From the NCBI GenBank assembly GCA_021778845.1, contig JAJYBU010000006.1, positions 15,677 through 79,676 on the forward strand: a DNA stretch of 64,000 bases. Reading direction: 5' to 3'. Position numbers and translations under genes: made by a program. Shown here in pieces: positions 59,130 to 64,000 of the stretch. The stretch is from Acidobacteriota bacterium. GTDB taxonomy: Bacteria; Acidobacteriota; Terriglobia; Terriglobales; Acidobacteriaceae. The notes under the pieces were generated by a model. It saw nothing but the letters and a program-made list of their open reading frames with translations, did no database searches and had not been told where the DNA came from. Position 1 is the stretch's first letter. Each line of letters opens with the position of its first letter.

Positions 59130-60029
59130 TTAGTGGACGCCGCCGAGCAGGTTAATGAGGCGGCGGAAGCCCTCGGCGCGGGCGGCGGAGTTGGCGGCAT
59201 TTGCGTCGGGAGCCTCGCCGGCGCGCATGAAGCCGTGGCCGGCACCGTCGTAGATGACTGGATCGTAGACCTTGCCCGCAGCCTTCATGTCGACGATGGT
59301 TTGCGGGACGGTTGCGGTGATGCGGGCATCGTCACCGGCATAGAAGCCGTAGACCGGAGCGGTGATGCTCTTCATCGCATCGGCGGGTGGGGGAGGGCCA
59401 TAGAAGACGAAAGCCGCGCTGAGGTCGGGGCGATGCGTGGAGAAGAGGAAGGATTTGCCTCCGCCCCAGCAGAAGCCGGTGACGAAGAGGTTGCCGTTGG
59501 CTGCGGGAAGCTTCTTGCCGTAGTCGGCGGCCGCATCGAGGTCGGAGAGGACCTGGGCGTCGGGCAGGGCGGAGACTGCGCGGACGACGGCGCTGCGGTC
59601 GGGAAAGGCGGCGGTGCCTCCGGGTTGAGCGGCAATGTAGGGTGCTCCGGCGGCGCTTGGCTGCGTGGGGGTGGCTGAGGGTGCAACGGGTGCGGGGCCA
59701 AGGCCGCTGAGGAGGTCCGGCTCGACGACGATGTAACCTGCGCCGGCAAGCTCATCTGCCATCTCGCGCGCCCAGTCGCTGAGGCCGAAGATCTCGTGGA
59801 TCATGATGACAACAGGTGCTTTGTCCTTGACCTGCGGGTAGACGACCCAGGCCTGCAGCTTGCGACCGCCGGCTGCGGTGAGGGTAACGTACTCGCCGTG
59901 GCGGGGGCTCTTGTCGAGGGTTGACCTGGCCCAGTCCTGTGCTGAGACGGACGCAGTACACCAGCCCAGCAGGATCATGCCCAGGGCCGTCCATACAGGT
60001 ATAGATAACAGCTTCGTTGCTCGCATCAT
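59130..60029 (-). CDS. Dienelactone hydrolase family protein (secreted)
   Basis: IHEIFGL, GFCWGG, AGHGF. Confidence 0.9.
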   Translation of the reverse strand: MMRATKLLSIPVWTALGMILLGWCTASVSAQDWARSTLDKSPRHGEYVTLTAAGGRKLQAWVVYPQVKDKAPVVIMIHEIFGLSDWAREMADELAGAGYIVVEPDLLSGLGPAPVAPSATPTQPSAAGAPYIAAQPGGTAAFPDRSAVVRAVSALPDAQVLSDLDAAADYGKKLPAANGNLFVTGFCWGGGKSFLFSTHRPDLSAAFVFYGPPPPADAMKSITAPVYGFYAGDDARITATVPQTIVDMKAAGKVYDPVIYDGAGHGFMRAGEAPDANAANSAARAEGFRRLINLLGGVH

Positions 60030-60104
60030 GCCAGTGAGTCTACGTCGTAGGCGGGCGCGACTGCAACGCAAATGTCCGGGATGCGTTGCGGGTGATTCAA
60101 GCTG

Positions 60105-60866
60105 TCAGCGATTGTCGAACATGCTGCCGACGATGCCGCCGAGTACGGCTGCCGTTCCTACCTTGCCGGCGTCGCTCTGCGCGGATGGCAGATACGGCTG
60201 GATGGCGTGCGCGAGGTTCGCCAGCGGGAGGGTCTGGAGCCAGATGCGCCCGGGGCCGGTGAGCGCGGCGAGGAAGATTCCGTCCGCACCGAAGAACATG
60301 TTGCGGATGCCCTGAATGCGCGTGATCTGGAAGTTGACGCTGGCCTGGAAGGCACCGACGTGGCCGGGATGGACACGCAGGGTCTCGCCGGGCTGGAGGT
60401 CGCGGATCACAACTTCGCCGCCGAGTTCGAGCCATGCGGTGCCGATGCCGGCGACCTTTTGCAGCAGGAAGCCGTCGCCGCCGAAGATGCCTGCGCCGAG
60501 CGATTGCTGGAAGCCGACGCTGAGCTGGATCTGCGGCGTGGCGCAGAGGAAGCCGTGGCGATGGATGAGGAACTCATGTCCGGGGCCAACTTCGATGGGC
60601 AGAATGTGGCCGGGGATCTTGGCCGCAAAGGCAACCTCGCCGGGATAGCCCTGCGCGGTGTACTCGGTCATGAAGAGGGTTCCGCCACCGGCTACGCGCT
60701 TGATGGCGCCGAAGATCCCGCCGCCGCCAGCCATCTGGGTGTGCGTGGTCATGGCGATGGTCTGGGTCATCCAGCTAAGCTCGCCAGCCTCGGAGATGAG
60801 GCTTTCGCCGGGTTGCAGCAGGGCTTCCAGCACCGGCATGGTGGTTCCAACAATTCGGCTCTGCAT
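60105..60866 (-). CDS. AIM24 family protein (TIGR00266-like)
   Basis: LQPGESLISEAG, GIFGGDGFLLQ, LTGPGRIWLQTLP. Confidence 0.88.
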   Translation of the reverse strand: MQSRIVGTTMPVLEALLQPGESLISEAGELSWMTQTIAMTTHTQMAGGGGIFGAIKRVAGGGTLFMTEYTAQGYPGEVAFAAKIPGHILPIEVGPGHEFLIHRHGFLCATPQIQLSVGFQQSLGAGIFGGDGFLLQKVAGIGTAWLELGGEVVIRDLQPGETLRVHPGHVGAFQASVNFQITRIQGIRNMFFGADGIFLAALTGPGRIWLQTLPLANLAHAIQPYLPSAQSDAGKVGTAAVLGGIVGSMFDNR

Positions 60867-60984
60867 GGTTCGTGCTTCCTTTCGGGGGGTGGAGTTGGGG
60901 TCAACTGCCGATGACGCAACTTTGCAACATATCCTACGTTCGCGGGAGGCGAAAAGTTCCGTGTCAGCGAATGTTTGTCTGCCC

Positions 60985-61018
60985 GCCATCCAGGGGTGGG
61001 GCGCCACCCCTGGATGGC
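60985..61018. repeat. Perfect 15-bp inverted repeat between divergent genes
   Basis: GCCATCCAGGGGTGG-ggcg-CCACCCCTGGATGGC. Confidence 0.75.
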
Positions 61019-61109
61019 TGATTTGTCATCTCCATTTGATGCGGCGCTATCACTTCCAGGACACCCGCGAAGTACACTACCGAGAAGCAACACGAGAGGA
61101 ACGAGCAAT

Positions 61110-61676
61110 ATGGCGAGTGGTAAGTCGAGGTCGAGTGCAGGTGGTTCCGGCGGAATGCTGAAGTTTTTCCTTGGTTTCGTCTTCGCGTTCGTGGTTCTGT
61201 TCGTGGGTGTGTTCGTGTATTTCAAGTTTGGCACCCCCCCCGTTGCTACCGCTGACAAGCCATTTCCGTTTGAGAAGACAATTGTGAGGATTCCGCTCGA
61301 CGCGCGGATTGATCGCGAGATGCAGCAGCCACCCTTCGGCACTAGCGAAGATGTGTACGAAACCGGAGCGATGGCCTATAAGCTGCAATGCTCAGCGTGC
61401 CACGGCGTTCCCGGTAAAGATGCAGCGTTCGCCAAAGGGATGTACCCGATCGCGCCGCAGCTATGGAAGAAGCATGGCCACGGAGATGTGGTCGGGGTCA
61501 GCGATGATGAGGCTGGCGAGACCTACTGGAAGATCAAGAATGGAATTCGGCTGACGGGTATGCCTTCGTTCAAGGGCGTGCTGAGCGAGGACCAGATGTG
61601 GGACGTCGCGCTGCTGCTGAAGCACGCGAATGAACAGTTGCCGGACCCGGTCGTGGGGATGTTGAAGGGACAGTAG
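61110..61676 (+). CDS. Membrane-anchored cytochrome c
   Basis: TM anchor, CSACHG, YWKIKNGIRLTGMPSF. Confidence 0.88.
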   Translation: MASGKSRSSAGGSGGMLKFFLGFVFAFVVLFVGVFVYFKFGTPPVATADKPFPFEKTIVRIPLDARIDREMQQPPFGTSEDVYETGAMAYKLQCSACHGVPGKDAAFAKGMYPIAPQLWKKHGHGDVVGVSDDEAGETYWKIKNGIRLTGMPSFKGVLSEDQMWDVALLLKHANEQLPDPVVGMLKGQ

Positions 61677-61768
61677 TGATTAGGATCGGTCGAGGCCGCC
61701 ACATGCTCATAAGGACAGGTGACGGTGTGCGGCAGAGCCGGTACTGACCCTGTACACTGGACGTTAGC

Positions 61769-62473
61769 ATGTATAAACGCGTCCTCTTGAAGCTCTCTGG
61801 AGAAGCCCTGGCCGCCGGCCGTGGCTTCGGTGTTGACGCTGTGTTTGTCAACGCAGTGGCCCATGAAATCGCCGAGGCGGCGCGGTCCGGCTGCCAGATC
61901 GGCATCGTCGTGGGCGGTGGCAACTTCTTCCGTGGCGTCGCCGAACAGGCCATCCACATGGACCGCGTCGCTGCCGACCACATGGGGATGTTGTCTACGG
62001 TTATTAACGCGATCGCTTTACAGGATGCCATCGAGAAGACTGGCATTCCCGTTCGCGTGATGAGCGCCATCCAGATGCACCAGGTTGCCGAACCGTACAT
62101 TCGGCGGCGTGCGATTCGTCACCTGGAGAAGGGCCGCGTGGTGATCTTCGCTGCGGGGACCGGCAATCCGTACTTCTCCACCGACACCGCTGCGAGCCTG
62201 CGCGCGATGGAGATTGGCGCTGAGGTGCTGCTGAAGGCCACTAGCGTTGATGGCATCTACGACGCCGATCCGAAGAAGGTCGCCGATGCCGTCAAGTTTG
62301 AGGAGATCACATACATGGACATCCTCAAGCTGGGCCTGCAGGTGATGGATACGACGGCCGTCTCGCTGTGCAAGGATAATAGCCTGCCAATGATTATCTT
62401 CTCGATGCGGGAGCGCGGAAATATTCTGCGCGTCATCGAAGGCGAGAAGCTGGGCTCGCTGGTTACGTCGTAG
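61769..62473 (+). CDS. pyrH: UMP kinase
   Basis: [42 protein letters not shown]. Confidence 0.97.
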   Translation: MYKRVLLKLSGEALAAGRGFGVDAVFVNAVAHEIAEAARSGCQIGIVVGGGNFFRGVAEQAIHMDRVAADHMGMLSTVINAIALQDAIEKTGIPVRVMSAIQMHQVAEPYIRRRAIRHLEKGRVVIFAAGTGNPYFSTDTAASLRAMEIGAEVLLKATSVDGIYDADPKKVADAVKFEEITYMDILKLGLQVMDTTAVSLCKDNSLPMIIFSMRERGNILRVIEGEKLGSLVTS

Positions 62474-62506
62474 ATTTCCTGGACTGCGTACTGGTCGGGA
62501 GAAACA

Positions 62507-63727
62507 TTAGCCTACGGTAACTATCTCGCGTTGTTCTCTCGCGGCCTCGCGGCGCTTCCACCAGTGGCCGATGGCTAGCTGTGCTGGATGTTCAACCCAC
62601 TTGCGCACTGCGATGGCGAGCAGGATCACAAACACGTAGGAGATCCACGGTTCAAACCGGCCGAGGCCGAGACGCGCCCAGACGTGATGATTCTGCAGCA
62701 GTATGATGACGTTGAAGTGCAGCAGGTACAGCGCGTAGGTGGATGTGCCGACGGCGACCAGCGGCTCCCATGAGAACAGGCTCGCGAGCACGCTGGGGCC
62801 CGAGAGTCCGAGGATGATTGCGGCGAAGAGCGGCGTGAGCAGGCCGCCATGCACCATGATGTACGGCAGGGTGTTGGCCAGGTGATAGGCGGCAAACCAC
62901 ACGCCAATGAAGCCCAGCGTTCCGATGATCACTCTGGCTCGCGCGGTCAGCTTGGCTGCTTCATGCAACTGGCCCAGCGTCAGGCCGGCGAGAAACGTGC
63001 AGAGGTAGGGCAGCGGCGTGAACTTCAAGGTGTTGACCCACAGACCGTCGCTATAACGGTTCGCAGCGTGCCCGAAGTGGTCCGGATCATGCAGGATGTA
63101 GATGGAGTGGGGGATGAGTCCCACGACCCAGATGAACAGCCCCAGCGCCAGCAATTTGCCGGCTGTGCGCGGCCATGGCAACCGCACCAGCCAAGGGAAG
63201 GCGATGTATAACACCACTTCGCAGGAGAGCGTCCAGGTCACCGTCATCCAAAAGGTTGCCAGATGAGGGAAGAAGCCCTGGACCAGCAGCGGTGTCGCGA
63301 TCGCACCCATCCAGAATTCGGTGCGCGATCGCACAGCCCACTCGGTCATCAGCATGGGGATGGAGACCACCATGGTCAGAGCGTAGATCGGGTAGAGGCG
63401 CGAGAATCGTGCGACCCAGAAGTCCATGGCGTTCATCCGCTGGTCGCGGCCCGCATAGTTATAGGCGAGGATGTAGCCGGAGATCAGGAAGAAGAAGCTG
63501 ACGAACACGTATCCGATGTCGACCAGAGGGTACAGGGTGATCGACGGGTGGCGGGCCCACGTGAGCCCCGAGGGCGTGAAGTGGAAAAGGATAATCGTGA
63601 CGGCCAATAGGGAACGCAGGCCGGTGAGCGCCGGGAGCGCCGGCTTCCGAACATACTGCTTCCTGGGCTGGAGTTCGCCCGCGGGCTCTCCGGTGGATGT
63701 GGGTGCTGTTGCGATCAATGCCTGCAT
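62507..63727 (-). CDS. Acyltransferase-3 family protein
   Basis: LPALTGLR, FFFLISGYIL, ARFSRLYP, WTLSCE, YALYLLH. Confidence 0.9.
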   Translation of the reverse strand: MQALIATAPTSTGEPAGELQPRKQYVRKPALPALTGLRSLLAVTIILFHFTPSGLTWARHPSITLYPLVDIGYVFVSFFFLISGYILAYNYAGRDQRMNAMDFWVARFSRLYPIYALTMVVSIPMLMTEWAVRSRTEFWMGAIATPLLVQGFFPHLATFWMTVTWTLSCEVVLYIAFPWLVRLPWPRTAGKLLALGLFIWVVGLIPHSIYILHDPDHFGHAANRYSDGLWVNTLKFTPLPYLCTFLAGLTLGQLHEAAKLTARARVIIGTLGFIGVWFAAYHLANTLPYIMVHGGLLTPLFAAIILGLSGPSVLASLFSWEPLVAVGTSTYALYLLHFNVIILLQNHHVWARLGLGRFEPWISYVFVILLAIAVRKWVEHPAQLAIGHWWKRREAAREQREIVTVG

Positions 63728-63802
63728 CTCTCCTGATAGGACGCATGCAGAACGACGGAAGTTCCTGCGCCTTTAGAAAATCTATCGAGCTCTTTGCTGC
63801 GT

Positions 63803-64000
63803 CTAGCGAATGTCCACATGCTCGAATCCCAATCCCTGGAGCATGGCGGTCACCGTTGCCTTCGCATTTTTCGTAGCTGCATCGAGAATGCCATCGCTCA
63901 GCGCAGCTTGTTGCAACTGGCTCTGCGCCTTTTGCCGTACCTGCGTCTCGAGTGTTGGATCGGCCTCGACAAACAATCCTGTGTCGCGCGCATACACGCG
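63803..64000 (-). CDS. DUF4230-like protein, 3' portion only
   Basis: ...AALSDGILDAATKNAKATVTAMLQGLGFEHVDIR C-terminus; 5' end lies outside the window. Confidence 0.65.
   Translation of the reverse strand, partial: RVYARDTGLFVEADPTLETQVRQKAQSQLQQAALSDGILDAATKNAKATVTAMLQGLGFEHVDIR

Overview
High-GC chromosomal window, very likely from an Acidobacteriota subdivision-1 (Granulicella/Edaphobacter-like) genome; this is inferred from gene style, TonB/carboxypeptidase-domain receptors and repeat types. It is mostly core genes: aspS-hisS, acpP-fabF, rmuC, iscX, rplM-rpsI-rpsB-tsf, metK, murJ, purM, hemL, gnd, pyrR and pyrH. It also carries two TonB-dependent receptors, a surface-modification patch (acyltransferase, FkbM, GT-C glycosyltransferase) and a nickel cluster (NiCoT, hypA, hypB, larE-larC-larB) with no Ni-enzyme in view. 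No tRNA, rRNA or CRISPR array was seen. The most unusual signals are: (1) an in-frame, low-GC insertion of about 105 codons in a conserved hairpin loop of HisRS that looks like a degenerate PD-(D/E)xK-type fold; (2) a dispersed non-coding element of about 280 bp, present twice 28.2 kb apart, with three TAA-N19-TTA boxes at identical 40/29-bp spacing plus a promoter-like module; (3) a multi-stem metK leader that can pair over the Shine-Dalgarno and matches no SAM riboswitch class I can recognise; (4) HypA/HypB and NiCoT next to nickel-pincer cofactor genes. Also seen are IS481 and imuA-like relics, two homopolymer frameshifts, two small unannotated ORFs and signs of widespread leaderless transcription. 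All family assignments are by eye; no database searches were run.
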